Assembly (NCBI GenBank): GCA_964621445.1
Contig: CAZUNO010000001.1
Location: 1 to 40,395 of the forward strand
DNA length: 40,395 bases
Source: Candidatus Hadarchaeota archaeon
GTDB taxonomy: Archaea > CAYQAE01 > CAYVLA01
Direction: 5' to 3'
A program made the translations under genes and the position numbers. The notes below the pieces were generated by a model that made no database searches, was not told where the DNA came from, and saw nothing but the letters and a program-made list of their open reading frames with translations. Positions 26,750 through 36,325 of this stretch are shown piece after piece. Within the stretch, counting starts at the first letter, position 1. Every line of letters begins with the position of its first letter.

Positions 26750-27691
26750 ATGGAAGAAGAAGGAAAAGGGCTAGCCGTCCGGGTACGGAATTTGACCGTG
26801 AAATTCGGGGGCTTATTAGCCCTTAAGGATCTGGACATGGATGTCCAACCCGCGGAGATCTACGGGATAGTCGGCCGCAACGGGGCTGGAAAGTCAACTC
26901 TAATCGATGTCCTTTCGGGAATGGTGAACCCCAGTGGGGGAGATGTTGAGGTTTTGGGAATGAATCCCATAAAAAATGCTCGAAAGCTTCGAACCAGGAT
27001 CGGCGTGGTTCCCCAGGAGACGAGTTTGGAGCTGAAGCTCTCCGGGCGTGAGAACCTTGAATACTTCGGAAGGCTACTGGATGTTCCAAGATCCGAGCTG
27101 GACTCGAAAGTGGAGGATATGCTTCATTTCACGTCGCTCTGGGAAAGGAGGGATGATCCGGTTGAGCAGTATTCGGGGGGTATGAAAAAGAGAATTCATT
27201 TTGCGTGTTCCATGATCCACTCTCCGGGCCTCATCCTGATAGATGAAGCGACGGCTGGTTTCGACCCCGTAGCCAAGAGGGATACCCTGGACATGATCCT
27301 GCGCATGAATAGGGATATGGGGCTGACCGTTGTTCTTACCACTCACGATCTAAAAGAAGCCACCGTTCTATGCGATCGGCTGGGGGTTCTCCACAGGGGG
27401 CACCTGGTAGTACAGGGATCATGGAAAGAGATCAAATCTCATTATAAGCAGCCGCTCATCCTGGAGGGATTGTCGGAGAGGGAGCGGAATATCGTAAGGG
27501 AGACCCTGGAATCCAAGCGACTTAGGGAGAGATCAAGGGGCTTTGAAATATCGGTTCGCTCACGCGAGGACGGTCTTGAGGTGATCCGGATTCTAGAGGA
27601 AAAAGGGGCCCGCCCGTCCTCCATATCCTTTGGAATAGATCCCGAGAGATTACTTGACATAATGGAAAATCGGGGAGGGGAGGAGGATTAG
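26750..27691 (+). CDS. ABC-2 type exporter ATP-binding subunit
   Basis: GRNGAGKST, VVPQE, YSGGMKKR, LIDEATAGFDP, TTH. Confidence 0.92.
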   Translation: MEEEGKGLAVRVRNLTVKFGGLLALKDLDMDVQPAEIYGIVGRNGAGKSTLIDVLSGMVNPSGGDVEVLGMNPIKNARKLRTRIGVVPQETSLELKLSGRENLEYFGRLLDVPRSELDSKVEDMLHFTSLWERRDDPVEQYSGGMKKRIHFACSMIHSPGLILIDEATAGFDPVAKRDTLDMILRMNRDMGLTVVLTTHDLKEATVLCDRLGVLHRGHLVVQGSWKEIKSHYKQPLILEGLSERERNIVRETLESKRLRERSRGFEISVRSREDGLEVIRILEEKGARPSSISFGIDPERLLDIMENRGGEED

Positions 27692-29516
27692 GTTCGGTTC
27701 CAAACCTCTATGGATCGGCCTAACCGATCTAAGGAAGATGGTGAGGGAGAGGAGAACCATAGTACTAACGATCCTCCTTCCAGTACTGGTCGTTATAGTA
27801 GTGGGTACTACTTTCAGCCTGGGATACCAGGAGTTTGAATCCAAGGAACTGTCAATAGGTGTTATCGGCCACAGGAATTCCTCTTATTCTAACATGTTGG
27901 TGGAGGCAATTAGAAACCAGTCAGCCAGGGCCGTACTCTACGAGAGCGTGGCTGAGGCTAGGGAGGACCTTGTCGCGGAGGAAGTGGATACCATCATCGA
28001 GGTTGACCCAGAGATAGACGAAAAGATGAGGGAGTTCAAGAGGAGCTGGATGGCCATTCATGCAGACGAGACCAGGCCCCTTTTGACGGCTGCTATAGAG
28101 GTGGTGATGTTCCAGGCCAAGCAGCAAGCCGTAGATGAAATGGCATGGGAATACGTGGAAACGGCAAGGAAAGATCTCATACCACCCATCATCGATCTTC
28201 TCGATATTATTGATAGGCTAGTTTCCGGGGAGAAACTTGAGGAAAACATCAATTCCACCCTGGATAAGCTGGGTCCAGTGGTTCCCATACGCCAAGAGGA
28301 GGTTTCCTTGGCTGCCTCTGTAGTTGAGTTAAGGTTTGAGGAGATGTCGAAGGGTTCCCAAGAGCAGCAACTACTGCTTTCCATGATAAACCGATCGGCC
28401 ATAGTGGGAGCATTTCGTGCTCTTGAGGAGTCGAAGCCCCTTCTGGACGGTGCCTATTACTTCCTGAAGTACATTCAGCCAAATGTCAGCCGATTAGAGG
28501 GAATACCCACCAAGGCGGCCGGTGATATTGGAGATCTAACTGGAAATCTTTCCCAGATCTCCCCCGAGCAGGCGGGTCTGATCGAGGCATTTCTTCCAAT
28601 GATGAGGGATGACTTGATGGATGCATTGGCCGAGGCAAGTCCAGAGTCGAGTCCTGAGGACATTGAGGAACGGACCGAGGTCATTATCGAGGGCGCCTCG
28701 GCTTTCCTTTCCACGGTTGCAGAGAGCAAGGAACAGTTGGCTAACCTCACCTCTGGGATAAGGAAACTGGAAGCCGAGCTTAAGTCCATGGATACGGCAG
28801 AGCTCTATGATGAGGCAAGGACCTTCCTGGAATCGGCGCAAGGGATGGATGGGTGGTTCCTGACCTCCCCTATCTACCTGGTGGAGAAACCACTCTATTT
28901 CGGTTCAGAGACCAAGAGGTATGTGGATTACATCTCTCCGGGTATTTTTGCCTTTGGTATTCTCTTTTCGGTGTTGGTATATACCGTGCTGAGCGTGGTC
29001 AGGGATAGGGAAAAGGGCATTCTGAGAAGGATATTCATATGTAATGTGGATAGGTGGACCTACGTTGCCGGGAAATGCATAGTTTGCCTGGGTGTGGCGG
29101 CTATCCAGATACTGGTCCTTACCGGGTGCGCGTTGTTGCTGTTTGACATATATATAGCAAATATCCCCAAAACCCTGGTATTCGGACTTTTCTCTTCCAT
29201 TGGTTTCGTGGGGGTTGGGCTCCTGATATCCTCAATCAGCAAGACTGAATTAGAGGCCTTAACCTGGTCATTTGGTTTCTGTTTCATCATGCTGCTGGTT
29301 TCGGGTATTTTTTATCCCTTCGAGCTCAGTCCATCAATTGTCAGGCAGGCATCCGGCCTGGTTCCCATTACCTATGTTTCGGACCTTCTAAAGGCAGGAA
29401 TGATAAAGAATTCAACAATCGCAGAGGCAGCTCCGGATCTAATTTCGGTAGGCATTTACGGGGGAATATCCCTGTTAATCGGCACCTTAGCTTTCAATTG
29501 GAGGAAGAAGGGATAG
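27687..29516 (+). CDS. ABC-2 type exporter permease with large helical extracellular insertion
   Basis: N-terminal TM, long soluble loop, YVDYISPG, VRDREKGILRRI, five C-terminal TMs, SGIFYP...PITY; start ATT 27687 (inferred) or ATG 27738. Confidence 0.85.
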   Translation: MRFGSKPLWIGLTDLRKMVRERRTIVLTILLPVLVVIVVGTTFSLGYQEFESKELSIGVIGHRNSSYSNMLVEAIRNQSARAVLYESVAEAREDLVAEEVDTIIEVDPEIDEKMREFKRSWMAIHADETRPLLTAAIEVVMFQAKQQAVDEMAWEYVETARKDLIPPIIDLLDIIDRLVSGEKLEENINSTLDKLGPVVPIRQEEVSLAASVVELRFEEMSKGSQEQQLLLSMINRSAIVGAFRALEESKPLLDGAYYFLKYIQPNVSRLEGIPTKAAGDIGDLTGNLSQISPEQAGLIEAFLPMMRDDLMDALAEASPESSPEDIEERTEVIIEGASAFLSTVAESKEQLANLTSGIRKLEAELKSMDTAELYDEARTFLESAQGMDGWFLTSPIYLVEKPLYFGSETKRYVDYISPGIFAFGILFSVLVYTVLSVVRDREKGILRRIFICNVDRWTYVAGKCIVCLGVAAIQILVLTGCALLLFDIYIANIPKTLVFGLFSSIGFVGVGLLISSISKTELEALTWSFGFCFIMLLVSGIFYPFELSPSIVRQASGLVPITYVSDLLKAGMIKNSTIAEAAPDLISVGIYGGISLLIGTLAFNWRKKG

Positions 29517-29517
29517 A

Positions 29518-30441
29518 ATGACTTCATCTGAATGGGAGGGGATATGTGGTATAAGAGTCAGGAACCCGGTCCTTCTAGCCGCGGGCGTTCTGGGGGAAAC
29601 CTACGGGTTGCTGAAGAGAATGGAGAATGAGGGAGCGGGCGGGTTGGTGACAAAGTCGATAGGTCCGGGTCCCAATCCGGGCTACGCAGGCCCCATCATG
29701 GTCGAGGTTAGAGGAGGTTTCCTTAATGCGGTTGGGCTGGCCAATCCAGGGGTGAAGGCCTTCGCGGTTGAAATGCGGGAGGGAATAGAGGAAGAACCCT
29801 TCGGCGTTCCGGTCATAGTATCGGTGTATGGGAGAGATCAATCCGAGTTCCAGGAGGTTATTTCCGGTCTTGACGAGATTGCAGATGGGTTCGAGCTAAA
29901 CCTCTCCTGCCCTCATTCGACTGAATACGGATTAACCCTGGGATCCGATCCCGATCTAGTTACATCAGTGGTGAGAGCCTCGGTTAGGTCCACCAACAAA
30001 CCGGTCTTTGCTAAGCTAAGCCCTAATGTACAGAATATTGCGGAGGTCGCCTCGGCCGCCGAAAATGGAGGCGCTCATGGTCTGGTGGCCATAAACAGTG
30101 TAGGGCCGGGAATGGCCATCGAGCTTGAGTCCGGCAGGCCAATTCTATCAAACAAGGTTGGGGGATTATCCGGTCCCTGTATTAAACCACTGACGGTGAG
30201 GTGTATATACGAGATCTATGGTGCCGTCAAAATCCCCATAATCGGGGTTGGGGGAGTAAATTGCGCCAATGACGCTATCGAACTTATGGAAGCAGGTGCA
30301 ACCTGGGTTCAGGTAGGCTCCGGTCTCTACCGGGGAAATCTTCATCTCTTCAGAAAGATAACCCGGGGTATAGATATTTTCCTGAACACTCATCATCTAT
30401 CTCATGCCGAACTAATAGGACGAGCCCACGGAGGTAAGTAG
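29518..30441 (+). CDS. pyrD: Dihydroorotate dehydrogenase, family 1B catalytic subunit
   Basis: NPVLLAAG, TKS, LNAVGLANPG, ELNLSCPH, AKLSPN, GGLSGP, IIGVGGV. Confidence 0.95.
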   Translation: MTSSEWEGICGIRVRNPVLLAAGVLGETYGLLKRMENEGAGGLVTKSIGPGPNPGYAGPIMVEVRGGFLNAVGLANPGVKAFAVEMREGIEEEPFGVPVIVSVYGRDQSEFQEVISGLDEIADGFELNLSCPHSTEYGLTLGSDPDLVTSVVRASVRSTNKPVFAKLSPNVQNIAEVASAAENGGAHGLVAINSVGPGMAIELESGRPILSNKVGGLSGPCIKPLTVRCIYEIYGAVKIPIIGVGGVNCANDAIELMEAGATWVQVGSGLYRGNLHLFRKITRGIDIFLNTHHLSHAELIGRAHGGK

Positions 30442-31215
30442 TTGGAAATTCCTCATCCCACCAAGATCATAAGGATTAGAGAGGTAACGCCGGAAATTGA
30501 CTCACTGACCGTTGAGAACGTTCTCCAGGAAGAACCGGAACCGGGTCAATTCATGATGCTGTGGAATGGCAGAGATGAGAAGCCCATGGCACCTTACAAG
30601 GTTAATGAGAGGGGTATCTCCATATTCATCAAGAGGGTCGGTCCCTTCACGCGGGGTTTCCGCCAGATGGAATCCGGAGAGTTGCTGGGCCTAAGGGGGC
30701 CTTATGGAAGAGGTTTCGATCTTTCGTTTGAGAGGCCTCTAATAGTTGGAGGGGGCATCGGTGTGTCCCCCTTGCTCTATCTCTCCAGCGCATTTCAGAA
30801 TAAGGGCATAAGCCCCGAGGTGGTTCTTGGTTTCAACAGCATTAAGGATGCAATATGCGTAGAGGATTTTGAGAATCTCGCCCACACCAGCATTTGTACG
30901 ATCGACTCCTCGATGGGAAATAAGGGTAACGCGACCGAGAATCTGCCTGATTTAGGTGGTTTTGACTGCATATTCACCTGTGGGCCAGAACCCATGATGG
31001 CCAAGATCGGTGAAATGGCTGAGGCCGCCGGGACAAAATGCCAGCTGCTGGTTGAAAGATACTGTAAATGCGCCATTGGTCTGTGCGGAAGCTGCGCATT
31101 GGGCAGGTATATGATATGCAGGGACGGCCCCGTCTTTAATTGGCATGAGCTAAAAGAAACCGAGTTCGGGAAATTTAAGAGGGATGCCTGCGGGCTGAAG
31201 GAGCACGTGGATTAG
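30442..31215 (+). CDS. pyrK: Dihydroorotate dehydrogenase electron transfer subunit
   Basis: PGQFMMLW, RGPYGRGF, GGGIG, TCGPEPM, CKCAIGLCGSC...CRDGPVF [2Fe-2S] motif. Confidence 0.94.
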   Translation: MEIPHPTKIIRIREVTPEIDSLTVENVLQEEPEPGQFMMLWNGRDEKPMAPYKVNERGISIFIKRVGPFTRGFRQMESGELLGLRGPYGRGFDLSFERPLIVGGGIGVSPLLYLSSAFQNKGISPEVVLGFNSIKDAICVEDFENLAHTSICTIDSSMGNKGNATENLPDLGGFDCIFTCGPEPMMAKIGEMAEAAGTKCQLLVERYCKCAIGLCGSCALGRYMICRDGPVFNWHELKETEFGKFKRDACGLKEHVD

Positions 31216-31622
31216 AGGTATTTGGACAGCCTTTCTTCCAGAGTCTGTTGGGGCATCGCGCCTATTATGGTGTCCTCGTGCTTTCCGTTCTGGAAAACGA
31301 GAAGGGCTGGGATGCTCATGATCTGGTACTTGGCTGCGGTCTTTTGGTTATTATCAACATTTAGCTTGCCGAAAAACATCTTCCCTTTGTACTTCTTGGC
31401 CAGTCTCTCGATGATGGGGGAAACCATTCTGCAGGGACCACACCAGGGTGCCCAGCAATCGACGACCAGTGGGGAATATTTCTCCACTACCTCGGGCAAA
31501 GAATCGTCGTCTAGCTCGAGAGGTTCTTCGGGTACAGATTCGTCTTCCTTTTCATTATTCGACATGCGTTTGAGCAACTCCCTTTTTTTTCTCTTCCGTA
31601 TCTCTTCGATATCCTCATCCAT
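31212..31622 (-). CDS. trxA: Thioredoxin
   Basis: WAPWCGPC, KLNVD, SIP; charged N-terminal helix DEDIEEIRKRK; likely ATG 31622. Confidence 0.94.
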   Translation of the reverse strand: MDEDIEEIRKRKKRELLKRMSNNEKEDESVPEEPLELDDDSLPEVVEKYSPLVVDCWAPWCGPCRMVSPIIERLAKKYKGKMFFGKLNVDNNQKTAAKYQIMSIPALLVFQNGKHEDTIIGAMPQQTLEERLSKYL

Positions 31623-31626
31623 TCCA

Positions 31627-32940
31627 TCAGCCTCCAAATCCAAGGAAACTTCCCCTGTCTTTTATAATGATATCTCCGCCCTCGAAGATTACGGATCCTC
31701 GCAGGATGGTCATAGTAGGCCAGAATTTAAGTCGTCTCCCGGCAAAGGGGGAATAACGAGCCCGTGAGAGAAACGAATCGGGATCCACAGCACGCCTCTT
31801 GGGGTCCAGGACAACGAGGTCAGCATCCCGCCCGACGTCAAAGCCCTTACCTGGAATGGACAACATCCTGGCAGGGAACTTGTTTGTGAGCCGCACAAAA
31901 ACCGAGGGATCAAGGTTATTTTCGAGGAAATGGGTTAGAACTGCTGGGATGAAGGTCTCGAAGCCGGGAACGCCGGCGGGAGCCTGAGCTGGGGGCAGGG
32001 ACTTTTCGTCCATGGAGTGGGGGGCATGGTCGGAGGAGATTATGTCAATTTTTCCTGTAATTATCCCATCAAGCATGGATTTCGAGTCCTTAGCAGAACG
32101 CAGAGGAGGGTTCATCTTGGCCAATGCCCCCATTTTCTGATATACCGATGAACATAGCGTCAGGTGATGGGGCGTTACCTCGCAAGTGACCTGCATCCCC
32201 TTCTCCTTGTATCTCGCTATCTCGAGAATGGCCCTTTTTGTAGATATATGACAGAAATGTATTCTTGCCCCGATACCCAGATTCAGGGAGAGGACTTTGG
32301 AGACCGCCTCATACTCGGCCTCAGGAGGTCTGGCGAGGGAGTGATCCCTGGCCTCGAGTTCGGGGTTGAGATACTCGGGGTCTTCTGCATGGATATAAGC
32401 GGGCTTTCCACTCTGAGAAATGATGGATAGAGCCGAGGCTAGCTCGTCATATCCGACCACCGATCCCTCAGTGGAGGGGCCAACGAAGATCTCTCCGTAG
32501 GCGAAGTTCTCCTTAACACTCCTCAAGTGATCCTCGTTCCTGCACACTCCCATGTTAAGGCCGAAATCAATGGCGGCTTGGCCCTCAGCGGATTCCTTTT
32601 TTTGTTTGAATGAATCAGCCGAAAGGGTTTGTGGCTTGGAGTTAGGCATATCCAGTGCAAAGGTTATGCCCCCAGCAGCAGCGGATTGTGTCTCCGAAGG
32701 GAAATCACCCTTATGAGCCAGTTCCATACCCCGTAGGTGAGAATGCAGGTCGAGGACCGCGGGCAGAAGAAGGGATGAGGATTTGATGTCCATATGTTCC
32801 TCTGCTTTGGGCATGTTGGCCTTGCCGCCGATTTTCACTATCTTTGTATCATCGATGGCGATGGTTCCCTTGGTCATCCCCTGGGATGTTAGAAGCCGGG
32901 GAGCGGAGATTATAAGGTCCACGGGTTCGGAGTATTCCAC
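31627..32940 (-). CDS. pyrC: Dihydroorotase
   Basis: DLHSHLR, DMPN.KP, IHAED, HFCHIST, TCEVTPHHL, KMNPPLR, SDHAPH; pyr gene context. Confidence 0.92.
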   Translation of the reverse strand: MEYSEPVDLIISAPRLLTSQGMTKGTIAIDDTKIVKIGGKANMPKAEEHMDIKSSSLLLPAVLDLHSHLRGMELAHKGDFPSETQSAAAGGITFALDMPNSKPQTLSADSFKQKKESAEGQAAIDFGLNMGVCRNEDHLRSVKENFAYGEIFVGPSTEGSVVGYDELASALSIISQSGKPAYIHAEDPEYLNPELEARDHSLARPPEAEYEAVSKVLSLNLGIGARIHFCHISTKRAILEIARYKEKGMQVTCEVTPHHLTLCSSVYQKMGALAKMNPPLRSAKDSKSMLDGIITGKIDIISSDHAPHSMDEKSLPPAQAPAGVPGFETFIPAVLTHFLENNLDPSVFVRLTNKFPARMLSIPGKGFDVGRDADLVVLDPKRRAVDPDSFLSRARYSPFAGRRLKFWPTMTILRGSVIFEGGDIIIKDRGSFLGFGG

Positions 32941-32969
32941 GCCTTAACAGGGGCCCCGATTTCTTTTTA

Positions 32970-33071
32970 GTCTTTCAGATGGATTATAATTTTTTAGACA
33001 GTGAATGAAAGACCGGATAGGGGTTTGGGCATTTGAATCACCGAGATCACCGGCTAATCTTTATATTGGCC
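32970..33071. promoter_or_regulatory. Divergent pyrC/pyrB promoter region with inverted repeats around both TATA boxes
   Basis: GTCTTTCA...TGAAAGAC around minus-strand AAAAAATTATAA; GGCTAAT-CTTTAT-ATTGGCC around plus-strand TTTATAT. Confidence 0.45.
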
Positions 33072-33097
33072 TTGACTTCTAGAAACATGGGAACATC

Positions 33098-34030
33098 ATG
33101 GAATTCTCAGGGAGGCACGTCGTTGATCTAAAGGACTTCACGAGAGATGAAGTCGAATACATTCTGAAGATATCAAGAAGCTTTGAACCGATGGCCTCTG
33201 GAGATGAAAGGTCCAACCTGCTCCAGGGACACGTGCTCTGTAACCTGTTCTTCGAACCAAGCACTCGCACCCGTTTGAGCTTTAGCTCGGCTATGATGAG
33301 ACTCGGCGGCTCGGTAACTGGATTTGCAAGCAGTTCGGTTTCCTCGGCCAGCAAGGGGGAAACGCTTTCGGATACCATAAGGGTGGTTGAGAACTACTGC
33401 GATGTAATCGTATTGAGAAGCGGGATGGAAGGGGCAGCACGCCTCGCGGCTGATATTAGCGCCAAGCCGGTGATAAATGCAGGTGACGGCTCCCGTCAAC
33501 ATCCCACCCAGACGCTTCTAGACCTCTACACCATGAACAAGGAGATGGGAGCCATAGACGGTCTTAAAATTGCCCTGGTGGGTGATCTAAAATATGGCAG
33601 AACCGTTCACTCATTGAGCTATGCTCTCACGATGTTTGATGTCGAGCTGACCTTGGTCTCCCCTTCCCAGCTCAGGATGCCAGAGGAGGTGGTTTCCGAC
33701 CTGGAGGCTGATGGATTGAGGGTTGGAATAGCTGACGATCTAGGTAAAGTTGTTGAAAGCGCAGACGTGCTTTACATGACTCGGATACAGAAGGAACGCT
33801 TCCCGGAACCCATGGAATACGAGAGGATGAGAGGAGCTTACTCTTTGGATGCTGAAATGTTGGAGGAGGCCAAGAGGGACATGATCGTAATGCATCCTCT
33901 TCCCCGGGTTGACGAGATATCAACTGATGTTGACGAAACTTCTCATGCTAGGTACTTCCAACAGGCATTCTATGGCCTCGTGGTTAGAATGGCCCTGCTA
34001 AGTCTGGTGCTGGATAGGTGGAGGGATTGA
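33098..34030 (+). CDS. pyrB: Aspartate carbamoyltransferase catalytic subunit
   Basis: FFEPSTRTRLSF, KGETLSDT, INAGDG..QHPTQTLLD, GDLKYGRTVHSL, TRIQKERF, MHPLPR. Confidence 0.97.
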   Translation: MEFSGRHVVDLKDFTRDEVEYILKISRSFEPMASGDERSNLLQGHVLCNLFFEPSTRTRLSFSSAMMRLGGSVTGFASSSVSSASKGETLSDTIRVVENYCDVIVLRSGMEGAARLAADISAKPVINAGDGSRQHPTQTLLDLYTMNKEMGAIDGLKIALVGDLKYGRTVHSLSYALTMFDVELTLVSPSQLRMPEEVVSDLEADGLRVGIADDLGKVVESADVLYMTRIQKERFPEPMEYERMRGAYSLDAEMLEEAKRDMIVMHPLPRVDEISTDVDETSHARYFQQAFYGLVVRMALLSLVLDRWRD

Positions 34031-34031
34031 T

Positions 34032-34502
34032 TTGAGTGGCGGGCAGCCCGAGCTCAGGGTTCAGAAGATAAAGGAAGGGACGGTAATTGACCATATAAAG
34101 GCTGGATACGCGCTGGCCGTATTGAAGATACTTGGAGTGAACAAGGATTCCAAAAAGGTCGTCTCGCTGGCCATGAATGTACCTTCTCAGATCACCGGCA
34201 AGAAGGATGTGGTCAAGGTTGAAGGGAGGGCGTTGAGAAGGTCGGAGCTTAATAAGATCTCGTTGATCACTCCCAATGCCACCATAAACACCATAGAGAA
34301 TTATGAGGTTAAAAGAAAGGTTCGTGTCTCCATTCCCGGTGAGATCGAGGACACTATAAACTGCATAAATCCTAATTGTGTTACCAACGCGGGTGAACCG
34401 ATCACTCCTATCTTCAATGTGGTTTCAAAGGACCCGCCAAGACTACGGTGCCCATACTGCGGAAAGTTCATTGAGGAAAGCGAGATACTGGATCAGTTCT
34501 AG
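34032..34502 (+). CDS. pyrI: Aspartate carbamoyltransferase regulatory subunit
   Basis: GTVIDHI, KKDVVKVEG, Zn site CINPNC...CPYC. Confidence 0.96.
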   Translation: MSGGQPELRVQKIKEGTVIDHIKAGYALAVLKILGVNKDSKKVVSLAMNVPSQITGKKDVVKVEGRALRRSELNKISLITPNATINTIENYEVKRKVRVSIPGEIEDTINCINPNCVTNAGEPITPIFNVVSKDPPRLRCPYCGKFIEESEILDQF

Positions 34503-34511
34503 GTGATTTGG

Positions 34512-35171
34512 ATGCTTGAGGCCAAAAACCATCTTATACTTGCCATGGATATAGGCGAGATATCGAGAGCGATCAATATTGCAGAGTCAGCTGTGGATCA
34601 TATAGATGCAATTAAGGTCCACTGGCCAGTTATACTGAACCATGGTCTAAATGGGGTGGAAAGGCTCTCAAGGCTGAGACCGGTGATAGTGGACGCCAAA
34701 CTATCGGACATACCCTATACAAATGGAGTGGCCAGCGAGATGATGTTTTCATCCGGGGCCTCCGCCGTTATATGTCAAGGCTTCGCCGGCGATGACAGCG
34801 TCAAGGCCTGTATTGAGGCCGAGGGCGATGTTTTTGTTCTTGTTGAGATGTCACATCCCGGATCTCAAAGGTTCATTACTCCTCAATCTGAGAAACTTGC
34901 CGAGATGGCCCGAGAGGTAGGTGCAACGGGCATCGTCGCGCCAGGAAATAACCCCAAGAGAATCGAGCTTTATAGAGATATCGTGGGCCCTGATATGCAG
35001 ATACTCTGCCCAGGTATAGGAGCTCAGGGGGGCAAGCCTGGAGATGCGGTCGCTAATGGAGCCGATTTTGAAATTGTGGGCAGGTCCATATACAAATCAG
35101 AGGATCCCCCACGATCTGCTGCTCGGATAGCTGAATCGATATCCCAGAAGCTGGGCAAAAGGCTAATCTAG
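34512..35171 (+). CDS. pyrF: Orotidine 5'-phosphate decarboxylase
   Basis: LILAMD, IKV, DAKLSDIPYT, EMSHPG, PGIGAQGG, IVGRSIY; start ATG 34512 or GTG 34503. Confidence 0.95.
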   Translation: MLEAKNHLILAMDIGEISRAINIAESAVDHIDAIKVHWPVILNHGLNGVERLSRLRPVIVDAKLSDIPYTNGVASEMMFSSGASAVICQGFAGDDSVKACIEAEGDVFVLVEMSHPGSQRFITPQSEKLAEMAREVGATGIVAPGNNPKRIELYRDIVGPDMQILCPGIGAQGGKPGDAVANGADFEIVGRSIYKSEDPPRSAARIAESISQKLGKRLI

Positions 35172-36260
35172 CTTGACCGGATCTATGAACCCGCCTCGGA
35201 TCATCAGGTCTGCAAGTACCAGGGCAATCATGGATTCCGCGACCGGAATTACCCTGGGCACAATGCATGGATCGTGCCTGCCCGATATCTTGATCTCGAC
35301 CTGTTCCTCGGTCAACAAATCAATGGTTGTCTGGGCCATGGATATGGAGGGAGTTGGTTTTACCGCTACGTTGACCACCAGGTTATTTCCGGTTGAAATT
35401 CCTCCCAAAACACCCCCGGCCTTGTTGGTGATTAATCGGGGAGATCCACCCACTTGGACTATCGAATCGTTGGCCTCCGAACCCCTCATCTTCGACATAT
35501 CGAAGCCCGCTCCGAACTCTACCCCCTTGATCGCCCCGATGGAAACAATGGCTCTTGCTATGGCCGCATCCAGTTTTTCGAAAACCGGTTCTCCCACCCC
35601 GGGAGGAACATTGCGAGTGATGACCTGAACTATGCCCCCAACGGAATCACCCTCCTCGGCAGCCTTCTTGATGGCATCCCGCATATCCGATCCGATCTCG
35701 CTGTCGGCACATCTTATCTCGCTGTCCCTACAGTCCTTCAGATATTCAAAGTCCGGGTCCTCCCGACCTCTGACACCCCCAATCTCCAGGGCATGGCCTA
35801 AAATTTCAATGGAATGGGTGGTCCGGAGCAATTTCTTGGCAATTGCTCCCCCCATAACCCGGGAAACGGTCTCCCTCCCCGAGGATCTGCCACCACCCCT
35901 GTGATCGCGGTGGCCATATTTTAACTCGTAGGTTAGGTCCGCGTGACCAGGACGGGGACGGTTTAGTAGAGAGTTATAGGACCGGGAGTCAACATCCGAA
36001 TTATACACGATCATGTTGATGGGAGTGCCAATGGTTTTGTCGTCAAAAATGCCGGATAGAATGGACACTCGGTCCCTTTCTTTCCTCTTCGATACCAGAT
36101 CCGATGTACCGGGTCTCCTCAGATCCAGCTCACTCTGAATATCCTCTTCGGTAAGAGCAAGTCCAGCCGGGCATCCGTCCACCGTAGCGCCAAGAGCTAC
36201 CCCGTGGCTCTCCCCGTAAGAAGTGAGAATGAAAGCCTCGCCAATGCGATTTCCAGCCAT
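35163..36260 (-). CDS. aroC: Chorismate synthase
   Basis: GESHG, RRPG, PRPGHAD, GGGRSSGRET, GDSVGG, GGVLGGISTG, KPTPSI, GRHDPC. Confidence 0.97.
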   Translation of the reverse strand: MAGNRIGEAFILTSYGESHGVALGATVDGCPAGLALTEEDIQSELDLRRPGTSDLVSKRKERDRVSILSGIFDDKTIGTPINMIVYNSDVDSRSYNSLLNRPRPGHADLTYELKYGHRDHRGGGRSSGRETVSRVMGGAIAKKLLRTTHSIEILGHALEIGGVRGREDPDFEYLKDCRDSEIRCADSEIGSDMRDAIKKAAEEGDSVGGIVQVITRNVPPGVGEPVFEKLDAAIARAIVSIGAIKGVEFGAGFDMSKMRGSEANDSIVQVGGSPRLITNKAGGVLGGISTGNNLVVNVAVKPTPSISMAQTTIDLLTEEQVEIKISGRHDPCIVPRVIPVAESMIALVLADLMIRGGFIDPVKLD

Positions 36261-36325
36261 AATTTTCCCTGCCGTAATAGATTACCCGATAATATTTAAC
36301 TAAATTCCGGGCCCAACCTGGGAAG

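Noticed and set aside
32470-32510. PyrC with Glu (YGEIFVG) in place of the carboxylated Lys
   Set aside because: I recall the same GE(V/I)F motif in other euryarchaeal dihydroorotases, so probably not novel
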